32,000 bases of DNA from Patescibacteria group bacterium (GCA_041649575.1 JBAZMW010000003.1:30001-62000), one strand, 5' to 3'. Numbered from the stretch's first letter, positions 8,032 through 15,895 are shown. Notes: generated by a model not told the origin, from the letters alone. Program-made: numbers and translations.

Positions 8032-8148
8032 TTAAGAAATAAATAATTTAAACACCGCCTGGGCCAAACCACGAGAAAAAATGTCAGCAGGGACATAATC
8101 CAAGCCGGAGTTCTTCATAATAGTCTGGTGTTTAAATTCTAGTTTCAT
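8032..8148 (-). CDS. Possible 38-codon leader ORF (MKLEFKHQTIMKNSGLDYVPADIFSRGLAQAVFKLFIS)
   Basis: Below the ORF-track length cutoff; I translated it by hand. The ATG is about 19 nt downstream of the predicted start of the perfect promoter at 8174-8202. There is no SD, as with other backbone genes. It may not be translated. Confidence 0.25.
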   Translation of the reverse strand: MKLEFKHQTIMKNSGLDYVPADIFSRGLAQAVFKLFIS

Positions 8149-8173
8149 AATATTAATTTTACTTGCTGTTTGT

Positions 8174-8202
8174 ATTATAGTATACAAATAATTTTTTGTC
8201 AA
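8174..8202 (-). promoter_or_regulatory. Perfect consensus sigma70 promoter (TTGACA-17-TATAAT) on the minus strand
   Basis: The minus strand reads TTGACA (8202-8197), then aaaaattatttgtatac (17 nt), then TATAAT (8179-8174). It points toward the small ORF and the MFS gene. Confidence 0.45.
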
Positions 8203-8223
8203 ATTTAAAAGTATTATTAAATT

Positions 8224-10227
8224 TTATTTTATGTTTTGAGTAATTGCTTCGGTGGTGGTGGCGACTTTTTTGATGATATTGCTAAGTGTCTGTTCGATCT
8301 TCTGCTTTTGGCCCATTAGTTGATTCAGTTTCTGCATTCTCTCCTCGCTCATTTCGCCAAGCTGATCCAATTCATTTTGCCAAGAATTAAGGGCCGCTTG
8401 AGACGACTGTAACGCTTCTTTGGCCTTATTGGAAGTCAAAAACAACCACCAAGGCTTTTGGGCCGACACCTGTTTTTTTTCCAAGTCAGCATTGATTCGC
8501 ATTTTGTATTTAATAAGAATAAAACCAAACAGCTTGGCCTCTTGCTGGTATTTGACTTCGACTCTATTATTATCGACTTTAATGCTTTTGACGTTGGGGT
8601 CAGTCTTGGCGATGCCGTACAAAGCCGACTCCAACTCGACTGGCGCCACCACCTTTACTTCTGTGCCCCGCATACCATTAAGTAAGCTGACCACCTTGCC
8701 TTCTTTGGCAATGGTAAACTTACCGTCGCTCAAATCGGTCAAAATCACTTTATCTAATTTGGAAACTTCGATGCCCAATTGATAATCAGTGCCTGGCACT
8801 AGCGACATTTTTTTGCCAGTCAAATCATAATAGTCGTCGATGGTCGTATAAACGGTTTCGCTGTCCTGCCAGAGATTAACCGTGGTATGCATCCAGTCCG
8901 GAAAAAGCGTGCCGATTTTTTCGCCACCTTTATAGACAGTAGTCACATAGGTGATTTTACCGCCATCATAGTGGTCAAAACCGGTAAAAGAAAATTCCAA
9001 GGCCGCTGACTTGCCTAGATAAAATTTTTCGCCGCCATTGGGAGTCACAATCTTGGCTGCCGGCGTGCCAGTATAGGCCGGTCCGTCAACATAAGCAAAA
9101 GCGCCGTCGCTCTGATCGCTAATTAATGACTTGCCATCCTTAAAAATTGTCACTTTAATCCGATAACCGGAACCTGAGTCAGCCAGCTTGTTGGTCTTGG
9201 CCACCTCATCCCAATAAATGCCAGAGGTCCAGCCAAAATTTGATTCACCTTGACTGGGGTTTTGTGAAAAGTCGGTGTTGTATAAATTGCCCAGCAGTTT
9301 GCCGTTGCGCCAAAGCTCGATGCGTGAAGTATAAGCGCCACCCAGAGTATCGGGATCGAGCCCGGCATAAGTGTAATAACCGGAAAGCACTTTGGCGTCT
9401 TTGATAAAAGTTTCTCCGCCATTGGGACTCATGACTTTCAGACTTAGTGGCGGCAAAGTATCTTGGCCAGCCGCAAAAGAAAACTCACTTGACTCGGCCG
9501 AAGCAATCACGCTACCACCTCTTAATAGCTTAACCTTGAGGGTAAAACCGCTGCCGGCAACGATCTCAACCTCTTTCTTTTGCGCCAAATCGGTATACCA
9601 GCCGACCTTGTAACCCAAGGAGTCATAACCACGATCAACCGAGGCGTCATAAGGATATATACCAGCGACCGGGCCGAGCTCTTTGCCGTTTTGTAAGAGA
9701 AAAACTTGAAACTGCAGTTTGCCGTCTTTGGCCGAAGAATAACCAAAATATTTAAAATAAATGGTCCTGGTTTGACCATTAAGCTCATAGGTTTCGCCGC
9801 CCTTGGGATCGGTAATTAAAATGGTTTTAATGGCTGCTGGGTCCAGTTTAGCGGCATCATCTATTTTGGTGTCGATTGATTGGGGGGCGGCCAGCTGACT
9901 CGGAGCGCTATCTTCGGAATTGATATTAGTATTGGTTAAATTCCTGGTGTTTAAATTTGAAATATTATTATTTGTCTCACTATTAGCGTTGTTGTCCTGC
10001 GTTGCATCATCAGTGACATCATCAACCCCAATATTAACGTTAAGGTTGGTTGGCACTTGCAATGAATTACTGCTGGGCTGAGTCACGTTTAAATTCGAAT
10101 TCAGATTTGAATTCAAATTAAGGTTGGTTAAGGTGCTGGGGCTTTGCACTCTGTTGAAAGAGCTGACTTGAGCCAAACAAAGCCCAGGCAGCAATAAGAG
10201 GCCCAGTAGAACGAAAATTTTTCTCAT
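8224..10227 (-). CDS. Secreted repeat-domain protein with C-terminal coiled coil (hypothetical)
   Basis: I took the start at MRKIFVLLGLLLLPGLCLAQV (ATG 10227), which gives a signal peptide; the track start is 10248. The protein has an Asn-rich low-complexity region. It carries about three roughly 110-aa repeats, each opening with P(K/N)GGE(T/K)(Y/F). The C-terminus has a heptad-like region (QNELDQLGEMSEERMQKLNQLMGQKQKIEQ). Confidence 0.7.
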   Translation of the reverse strand: MRKIFVLLGLLLLPGLCLAQVSSFNRVQSPSTLTNLNLNSNLNSNLNVTQPSSNSLQVPTNLNVNIGVDDVTDDATQDNNANSETNNNISNLNTRNLTNTNINSEDSAPSQLAAPQSIDTKIDDAAKLDPAAIKTILITDPKGGETYELNGQTRTIYFKYFGYSSAKDGKLQFQVFLLQNGKELGPVAGIYPYDASVDRGYDSLGYKVGWYTDLAQKKEVEIVAGSGFTLKVKLLRGGSVIASAESSEFSFAAGQDTLPPLSLKVMSPNGGETFIKDAKVLSGYYTYAGLDPDTLGGAYTSRIELWRNGKLLGNLYNTDFSQNPSQGESNFGWTSGIYWDEVAKTNKLADSGSGYRIKVTIFKDGKSLISDQSDGAFAYVDGPAYTGTPAAKIVTPNGGEKFYLGKSAALEFSFTGFDHYDGGKITYVTTVYKGGEKIGTLFPDWMHTTVNLWQDSETVYTTIDDYYDLTGKKMSLVPGTDYQLGIEVSKLDKVILTDLSDGKFTIAKEGKVVSLLNGMRGTEVKVVAPVELESALYGIAKTDPNVKSIKVDNNRVEVKYQQEAKLFGFILIKYKMRINADLEKKQVSAQKPWWLFLTSNKAKEALQSSQAALNSWQNELDQLGEMSEERMQKLNQLMGQKQKIEQTLSNIIKKVATTTEAITQNIK

Positions 10228-10296
10228 ATGTTTTTGTTTAATTATCACCTTAATTTTCTACCTTTTGACCAAAAAAGTCAAAATCAACCAAGGGGT

Positions 10297-12378
10297 CTAC
10301 TTTTTACCCTGTCCGTCCACCCGGGCGCGCACCCGTTTCCAAAAATTAGCACCCACATCTTCCTCTTCATCTTCATCAACATAAATCACTTCCTCCTCGT
10401 CTATATCCTCTTTGACGCGCCAATCTTCGTAAACGTTTTTGGGCAACTCCCGGACAAATTGTGAGGGCTGATTAATCACTCCCGCCTCCGAGCCAAACAT
10501 GGGATAGGTCAGATACAGCTGATCCTGGGCGCGGGTGGCGGCCACATAAAAAAGCCGTCTTTCTTCCTCAATATCTTCGCAGCTGGCAGAAATCCTCTGA
10601 TTGGGAAATTGACCATCAACTAGGCCAACGATAAAAACCGCTTTCCACTCCAAACCCTTGGCCTGATGAATAGTGCTTAGCGTCACTACTTCCTCGGGTT
10701 GCTCGCGAGTGCCAATGTTTCTATCGCCCTTAAAACCCTCGGAGAGCGCCACATCGGCCAAAAGTTTTTCCAAAGAATCATAACTGGCGGCAAATAAAAT
10801 CAGCTGTTCCAAATCGGCCAAACGCTCCTCGGCGTTTTCAAAAGAATTTTCTAAATAATCTTTATAACCAGAGTCAATGACTGCTTCGATAAGTTGGGAA
10901 ACGTTTTGCTGGCCGATTTTAATTAACTTATCCAAAACCGACTGCGCTTTTTGCCAGCCAGCATAGGGACGGCCTGACAGCTCTTCGGGCCAAGGATAAT
11001 TTTTTACATCATCCAGCGAGCCGAGTGTTGAAACTTTCTGCCAAATTTTTTGGCTGTTAGCCGCACCAATACCAGTTTGCAATTGCAAGAGCCGCTGCCA
11101 AGACAACTCGTCTTTAAAGTTGGCCAAAATTTTCAAATGGGCCGTGATATCTTTGATATGCGCCTGCTCGAAAAACCGCAGTCCCCCGCGCATAATGTAG
11201 GGAATGCCGCGCTTATTAAGCTCCATTTCCAGTTCCAAGGATTGATAATGAGCTCTAAAGAGCACAGCGATATTTTCCAGCCCCATCCCCTCTTCGCGTT
11301 CTAAATCCAAAATACGCTGGCAGACAAATTCGGCCTGCAGATAATTGTCTTCCAGCGGCACGAGAGCCGGCTTGGAGCCGGAAGATTTATGAGTGCGCAA
11401 ATTTTTCTTAAACTGTTTGTGATTATTTTTGATTGACTCGTTGGACAGGGCTAGAATCTCCGGAGTGGAGCGATAATTGGTCTCCAGCTTGAAAGTTTGG
11501 CAAGCCGGAAAAACCTTGGGAAAACTCAAAATGTTATTGACATCGGCGCCGCGAAAAGAATAAATGCTCTGACTGTCGTCGCCGACCACCAAGATATTTC
11601 CCTTTTGGCCGGCCAAACTCGTCACAATTTCTCCTTGAATGGAATTGGTGTCTTGGTACTCATCGACTAAAACATATTGGAATTGCGCAGTCAGCTTTTC
11701 CCGGACGGCTTGGCTTTCAATCAAAAGCTGTTTCCATTTGAGCAACAGATCGTCGAAATCCAAAGCGTTGGCAGCTCGTTTTTTTTGATCATACATTTTG
11801 GCAATGGCCTCGATGCTGGAGAAATAACTGTCCGACAAATGAGAAAAGCGCTGCCGTAAAACTTCCCCCAACGGCTGATCAAGATTGGCGGCCAGGCTAA
11901 TAGTTTTATGAATTAGGTCGGCTTTGGGAAAATATTTATCTTGCGGAATTTGCACGCCGCTAAAACAGGCTTTGACCAAAACCCTGGAATCCTCACTGTC
12001 TAAGATGTTGAAATTAGGATTGATGCCGATGGCCGGGCCATAAATCCTCAAAATCCGATTGCCCAGATGATGAAAAGTGCCGCCCCACAAACCATGCGCC
12101 TCACTGTGCAAAAGCGATTCGATGCGGCCAAGCATTTCCCGAGCGGCCTTGTTGGTAAAGGTGACGAGCAAAATCCGGTTTGGCTTAACACCTTTCTCGA
12201 GTAAGTAGGCCACGCGATACACTAGGGTGCGCGTCTTGCCACTGCCGGCTCCAGCCAAAACCAAACACGGCCCGTCGCCACCAACCACCACTTTCAATTG
12301 TTCCTGATTGAGCTCGCTTTGATAATCAATTTGGAATTTTTCCGCCGAGCTGAAAGTTTTAAGAGTATATTCTTTCAT
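10297..12378 (-). CDS. uvrD: UvrD/PcrA-family superfamily-1 DNA helicase
   Basis: LVLAGAGSGKTRTLVYRVAYLL (Walker A/motif I), LLVTFTNKAAREM (Ia), VLVDEYQDTN (II), VGDDSQSIYSFRGA (III), TIHQAKGLEW (V) and YVAATRA (VI). The C-terminal tail is acidic. Confidence 0.92.
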   Translation of the reverse strand: MKEYTLKTFSSAEKFQIDYQSELNQEQLKVVVGGDGPCLVLAGAGSGKTRTLVYRVAYLLEKGVKPNRILLVTFTNKAAREMLGRIESLLHSEAHGLWGGTFHHLGNRILRIYGPAIGINPNFNILDSEDSRVLVKACFSGVQIPQDKYFPKADLIHKTISLAANLDQPLGEVLRQRFSHLSDSYFSSIEAIAKMYDQKKRAANALDFDDLLLKWKQLLIESQAVREKLTAQFQYVLVDEYQDTNSIQGEIVTSLAGQKGNILVVGDDSQSIYSFRGADVNNILSFPKVFPACQTFKLETNYRSTPEILALSNESIKNNHKQFKKNLRTHKSSGSKPALVPLEDNYLQAEFVCQRILDLEREEGMGLENIAVLFRAHYQSLELEMELNKRGIPYIMRGGLRFFEQAHIKDITAHLKILANFKDELSWQRLLQLQTGIGAANSQKIWQKVSTLGSLDDVKNYPWPEELSGRPYAGWQKAQSVLDKLIKIGQQNVSQLIEAVIDSGYKDYLENSFENAEERLADLEQLILFAASYDSLEKLLADVALSEGFKGDRNIGTREQPEEVVTLSTIHQAKGLEWKAVFIVGLVDGQFPNQRISASCEDIEEERRLFYVAATRAQDQLYLTYPMFGSEAGVINQPSQFVRELPKNVYEDWRVKEDIDEEEVIYVDEDEEEDVGANFWKRVRARVDGQGKK

Positions 12379-12396
12379 AACTTAATAATCATAACT

Positions 12397-12444
12397 AAAA
12401 AATAAAATAAAAACAAAAGTCCCCGCCGCATTGCTTTGGCGAAG
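12397..12444 (-). terminator. Intrinsic terminator closing the leftward operon of island 3
   Basis: On the minus-strand RNA, CUUCGCC pairs with GGCGGGG (7 bp including two G-U pairs, 10-nt loop). ACUUUUGUUUUUAUUUUAUUUUUU follows. Confidence 0.5.
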
Positions 12445-12475
12445 ACGAGATGGAAGACAAGGAACCGGCGTCAGA

Positions 12476-12823
12476 CTAGCTGACGATTGCCTCTTCATCG
12501 TCCTGACGGAACCACTGCCAGGTCAGATAGAGGGCATAGAGCGGCAGCCAAAACGGCAGCTTGGCTACCAGGACGAGCCAGGCCGACAGTAGTATTGTAT
12601 GCAGCAATATAGTGCCACACCAGGTCTGATTAATCCAATTACTACGTCGTAGAATGGCTTCGACGCGGTTGGGCCACGACTTCTCGTAGCACAAGGCGCG
12701 GAAGAAACCGACCGCCAGGCTGCGGATGTAGATCACGGGCACGAACAGCGCGACGAACACGGCCCAGACCACCAGGATAAACGCAAAGATCAAGTAAACC
12801 TCCGGTGTGCTTAGCATTCTCAT
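12476..12823 (-). CDS. Hypothetical small membrane protein (115 aa), paralogue of 12845..13174
   Basis: AGGAGGG lies 7 nt upstream of the ATG. It shares with its neighbour the TM1 segment FVALFVPVIY (versus FLAIFFVPVF), a basic loop, two further TM helices and an acidic C-tail (WFRQDDEEAIVS versus FWDYDDRYAD). Confidence 0.6.
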   Translation of the reverse strand: MRMLSTPEVYLIFAFILVVWAVFVALFVPVIYIRSLAVGFFRALCYEKSWPNRVEAILRRSNWINQTWCGTILLHTILLSAWLVLVAKLPFWLPLYALYLTWQWFRQDDEEAIVS

Positions 12824-12844
12824 GTGCGATCCCTCCTAGTCTCT

Positions 12845-13174
12845 TCAGTCGGCGTAACGGTCATCGTAATCCCAGAAGAAGAAGCTCAACTCCGAACAGA
12901 CGGTGGCGAAGGTCGCCCATACAGGCAGAGAGAACCACAATGCCGCGGCGAATAGGGTGGCCAAGGAATCGGCTACCAGACCGCCCAGGCGCGTACCCTC
13001 AACACACTGTCGCCGGTAGAGCCACCGCCGGAACCTCATTGGCAGTTGATCCGGGCCGAAGAGAACGTCGGCCACCCACACACAAAACACGGGGACAAAG
13101 AAAATCGCCAGAAATGCCACGCCGACGACCACGACCGACACAAAATTCCAAACAGCACAGATAGCCTTCTTCAT
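12845..13174 (-). CDS. Hypothetical small membrane protein (109 aa), paralogue of 12476..12823
   Basis: I trimmed the track ORF 12845..13204 to MKKAICAVWNF (ATG 13174), because GGGAGGG lies 6 nt upstream. It has the same architecture as the downstream gene, 21 nt away. Confidence 0.6.
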   Translation of the reverse strand: MKKAICAVWNFVSVVVVGVAFLAIFFVPVFCVWVADVLFGPDQLPMRFRRWLYRRQCVEGTRLGGLVADSLATLFAAALWFSLPVWATFATVCSELSFFFWDYDDRYAD

Positions 13175-13190
13175 GGCCTGCCCTCCCGCT

Positions 13191-13320
13191 AGTTGAATGA
13201 ACACGAATCCATCTTAGCAAAATAGTGGAAAAAATTCAACTGCCGCTAATTGACAAAAGGATAAAATTTTTATAAGATGATTTAAGGCCAAAAACGGCTT
13301 TGACTATGTACATTCAACTG
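13191..13320. promoter_or_regulatory. Divergent promoter region of island 3 with three copies of ATTCAACT
   Basis: The rightward promoter is TTGACA (13250-13255), 17 nt, TAAGAT (13273-13278). The leftward promoter is TTGAAT (complement of 13234-13239), 17 nt, TAAGAT (complement of 13211-13216). The motif occurs at 13191-13199 (inverted, AGTTGAATG), at 13234-13242 (ATTCAACTG, overlapping the leftward -35) and at 13311-13320 (CATTCAACTG). Confidence 0.45.
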
Positions 13321-13340
13321 GGATATGGAGGCGAGAAGCC

Positions 13341-14144
13341 ATGAAGACCACTTTGGCAACTAGCGAAATCCGCCATGCGAGACACGAACTAGAGGAAAAA
13401 CTGCGCCAGGGCGGGCAAGTCACCATGGCGAGAGGCAGGCGACAATGGGTGGGACAACTCGCTCTGGATCAGCCGACATGCGCGCTAGTCGTGCGGGCGG
13501 GCGGGCCGACTTTCAGTAGCAAGGGGGTGGAGGGCGGCTCCTTCCGGTGCAACCAGACGGGGCACATCGTCAAAGGAACGCAGACCAATACTTTCCGGGC
13601 GCGGATCTGTGGCGGGGCCATTTGCAAGCCACCGCCGAACACTGAAACATCAACAAACACTTCGGCGCACTCCTCGACGACCTCGAACCGCTCCTCGTCC
13701 TCGAGCAGCATACCAACCGTCGAGTGGACAGAGGGCAACGCGGTGTACTGCCCAAGCTGTGGTCGGTCGAAATATGTCTCTGGTGGGGGCACGGTTCAGT
13801 GCTTGGGTGCCGGCTGCTATAAGAAATTCAATGTGGTCGATCGCCGACCGCCGCCAACCGTGGAGGCCGACCGGAGCGGGAATGCGGAGTGCCCGAAGTG
13901 CTACAAGGCCAACAACATCGGCGGTTCCAGAGAGCGGATCATCACCTGTTGGTATTGCGGGAAGGAGTTTATTGCCATTCCTCCCAAGATCCAGCCGAGC
14001 GAACAACTACAGACCGTGCACCGCAACCTTTCTTATAACGACGCGCTTTGCCCTCACTGCAACAGAATAACGGTGGCCGTGGAGGATGGGCTGGTGGATT
14101 GCACGCACTGCGGCAAGAGCTTCAACGCCGACTCGAACGCCTGA
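13341..14144 (+). CDS. Hypothetical protein with three tandem zinc-ribbon (CPxC...CxxC) modules and a Ser/Thr-rich linker (267 aa)
   Basis: GGAGG lies 9 nt upstream of the ATG. The repeats are YCPSCGRSKYVSGGGTVQCLGAGCYKKFNV, ECPKCYKANNIGGSRERIITCWYCGKEFIA and LCPHCNRITVAVEDGLVDCTHCGKSFNA. The linker is TETSTNTSAHSSTTSNRSSSSSS. Confidence 0.7.
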   Translation: MKTTLATSEIRHARHELEEKLRQGGQVTMARGRRQWVGQLALDQPTCALVVRAGGPTFSSKGVEGGSFRCNQTGHIVKGTQTNTFRARICGGAICKPPPNTETSTNTSAHSSTTSNRSSSSSSIPTVEWTEGNAVYCPSCGRSKYVSGGGTVQCLGAGCYKKFNVVDRRPPPTVEADRSGNAECPKCYKANNIGGSRERIITCWYCGKEFIAIPPKIQPSEQLQTVHRNLSYNDALCPHCNRITVAVEDGLVDCTHCGKSFNADSNA

Positions 14145-14173
14145 AACACAAGGAGAAACACGCACAATCAACA

Positions 14174-14208
14174 GGAGACCAGCAGTACCGGTCTCCCGTT
14201 TTCTTTTT
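14174..14208 (+). terminator. Intrinsic terminator closing island 3
   Basis: GGAGACC (14174-14180) pairs with GGTCTCC (14190-14196) around a 9-nt loop. CGTTTTCTTTTT follows. Confidence 0.65.
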
Positions 14209-14231
14209 AAAAAATATTTAAGAGAGAATGG

Positions 14232-14927
14232 TTAGGGATTAGATGGCAGAACTATTATGGGAATTCTAATTTCTGCGGCGTTTTCCGGCAGTCCCGAAGG
14301 ATTATCTTTTTCCAAAACTAAAAATCCGTCAATCCTTTGGCTAACCGTGCCGGTGAGCTCGGCACGAAAAGGCACAAAGCCCTCGGTCATCCAGTCGGAC
14401 AAAGCTTGAGCCGAGGCCTGACTGATAATCTTACCCTGGGCATCAACAATCTTAACCGGGAGAGAAGCCTCAAAGAACCAATTGCCCCTGGCTTCGCCGG
14501 AGATAATAAAAGGCAAAGAAACTTCTTGGTTCCCATTTGGTCCATAAACCACAATTTCATTACCCTTTTGACACTCGCCGCGATAATAAGCCCATTCTTC
14601 GCATTTGGAGCCGTCAGTAAAGACGCAAATGCCAACTTGACCCATGGTTTCCGTGTCTTTTATTTCCAGCTGGCCGCCCTGCTCTTGGCAACGAACCGAA
14701 GCGGGATTGGCCAAACCGGCGTTATTGTTTATAGAACCACTGTCGTTGGTCAAGCAAGGCTTGGTCGGCATGGGCGCGCTGGGACTGCCATGTCTGACCC
14801 ATTGCCCATCGTCGCAAATCCAGGTATCTTCCTCGCCTCTTAATAACATCAAAGAAAAAATCGCTCCGGCCACCACGACCACTATGACAAAAATGATAAA
14901 AACAATTTTTTTTAAATTATTCAACAT
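14232..14927 (-). CDS. Membrane-anchored protein with DUF333-like and Gmad2 Ig-like domains (tentative)
   Basis: It has an N-terminal TM helix. ANPASVRCQEQGGQLEI...GICVFTDGSKCEEWAYYRGEC resembles DUF333. The C-terminal FIISGEARGNWFFEASLPVKIVDAQGKII...GFVPFRAEL resembles the Gmad2 immunoglobulin-like domain. Assignment is from memory. Confidence 0.55.
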   Translation of the reverse strand: MLNNLKKIVFIIFVIVVVVAGAIFSLMLLRGEEDTWICDDGQWVRHGSPSAPMPTKPCLTNDSGSINNNAGLANPASVRCQEQGGQLEIKDTETMGQVGICVFTDGSKCEEWAYYRGECQKGNEIVVYGPNGNQEVSLPFIISGEARGNWFFEASLPVKIVDAQGKIISQASAQALSDWMTEGFVPFRAELTGTVSQRIDGFLVLEKDNPSGLPENAAEIRIPIIVLPSNP

Positions 14928-15819
14928 TTATTTCTATGTTATTTTCGTTATTGCCGGCGCTGGTTTCGGCTGCCGCTTCCTTAGCCGTACCTAATTTTTC
15001 TAAGGCCTTTAGAGCTTCGGCCGGCCGGCCCAAAAAGTAGCGCTTGCCGTCTTTGGGGCCAACATACCAGGCCTGCCCCTGGCCCTCGATTTGCAACAGG
15101 ATCAGGCCCTTACGAGCATTAGAAAACTTTTGATCCAGCGGCAGCTTGCCGTTTCCCAGCGGATTATAGCCGCCTAAAATTTCGTCTTTGTCGGGAAAAC
15201 CGTCATCATCTGAATCGGCCTTGGCTTTATCGGTGCCCAAAGCTTCTTCCAAGGCATCGGACAGGCCGTCTTGGTCGCTGTCCAGGCCGCTGAAATTATA
15301 ATCAGCCAAAGCTATTTTTGACAAATCATTATTGGAAACAGGCAAAGACAAATCGGTAAGCATTTTAAAAACATTGGCATTGTCAGCGCCCAGCTGAACC
15401 CTGAATTCTTCGTATTGGCTCAGCTGGCCGGTCTTTTCCTCCAGGGTTTTTTTGAATTCCTCGGTCTTTTGATCCAACAGTTTTTGACTTTCGGAAGCCG
15501 TCTGTTGCAGCTGCGTCAGTTGAGTCTGCTTTTGCGTCAACTGGCCTTCTTTGTCGGCCAGATCTTTGGCTTTCTTGCTGTTTTCCTGTTCAACCGCAGT
15601 AATTTTTTCCAGCAGCTTGGTGTTGTCCAGATAAATTTTCACCGCGTATGCCGCCATGCCGGCGAAAACGACGATGATAATGGCATAAAAAACCCAGCGC
15701 TGATAGCGCCTGATTTTGATTTCCTGGCCAACCTGCTCGTGCGGCACAATGGCAATGCCGCAATTGGGGCAAGATTCGGAAAAATTGGGAATTTGCCGAT
15801 GACAATTAGGACAAATCAT
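14917..15819 (-). CDS. Zinc-ribbon / TM / coiled-coil protein with thrombospondin-type-3-like Asp repeats (hypothetical)
   Basis: MICPNCHRQIPNFSESCPNCG, then one TM helix, then a Gln/Lys heptad region, then DSDQDGLSDALE...DSDDDGFPDKDE. Confidence 0.65.
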   Translation of the reverse strand: MICPNCHRQIPNFSESCPNCGIAIVPHEQVGQEIKIRRYQRWVFYAIIIVVFAGMAAYAVKIYLDNTKLLEKITAVEQENSKKAKDLADKEGQLTQKQTQLTQLQQTASESQKLLDQKTEEFKKTLEEKTGQLSQYEEFRVQLGADNANVFKMLTDLSLPVSNNDLSKIALADYNFSGLDSDQDGLSDALEEALGTDKAKADSDDDGFPDKDEILGGYNPLGNGKLPLDQKFSNARKGLILLQIEGQGQAWYVGPKDGKRYFLGRPAEALKALEKLGTAKEAAAETSAGNNENNIEINVE

Positions 15820-15866
15820 ATTTTTAGTTTATTTGTTTCTATGTTGATAATTATAGCAAATTTAAT

Positions 15867-15895
15867 TAAACAAGAACAATCAACTGTGATATAAT
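15867..15895 (+). promoter_or_regulatory. Extended -10 promoter for the 15931 operon
   Basis: TGaTATAAT at 15887-15895. A weak -35, TAAACA, sits at 15867-15872. Confidence 0.35.

Larger units (their letters stand above)
12421..14208. other. GC-rich island 3 (divergent: two membrane-protein genes leftward, zinc-ribbon gene rightward)
   Basis: My hand count of line 13501-13560 gives 41/60 G+C. The neighbouring uvrD line 11041-11100 gives 29/60. The AT-rich promoter core at 13200-13330 is embedded between the GC-rich CDSs. Confidence 0.7.

Noticed and set aside
10088-10125. AT-rich quasi-palindromic DNA with two GAATTC sites
   Set aside because: It is simply the coding sequence of the low-complexity LNLNSNLNSNLN peptide in the 8224..10227 gene, not an independent DNA element.
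12805-14070. Alternative ORFs in island 3 (12805..13164+, 12999..13220-, 13469..13792-, 13570..13755-, 13609..14070+, 13650..14006-)
   Set aside because: Their products are Arg/Pro-rich and featureless, and they have no SD. The chosen frames give paralogous TM proteins and a regular triple CxxC repeat, which is unlikely to arise in a wrong frame.
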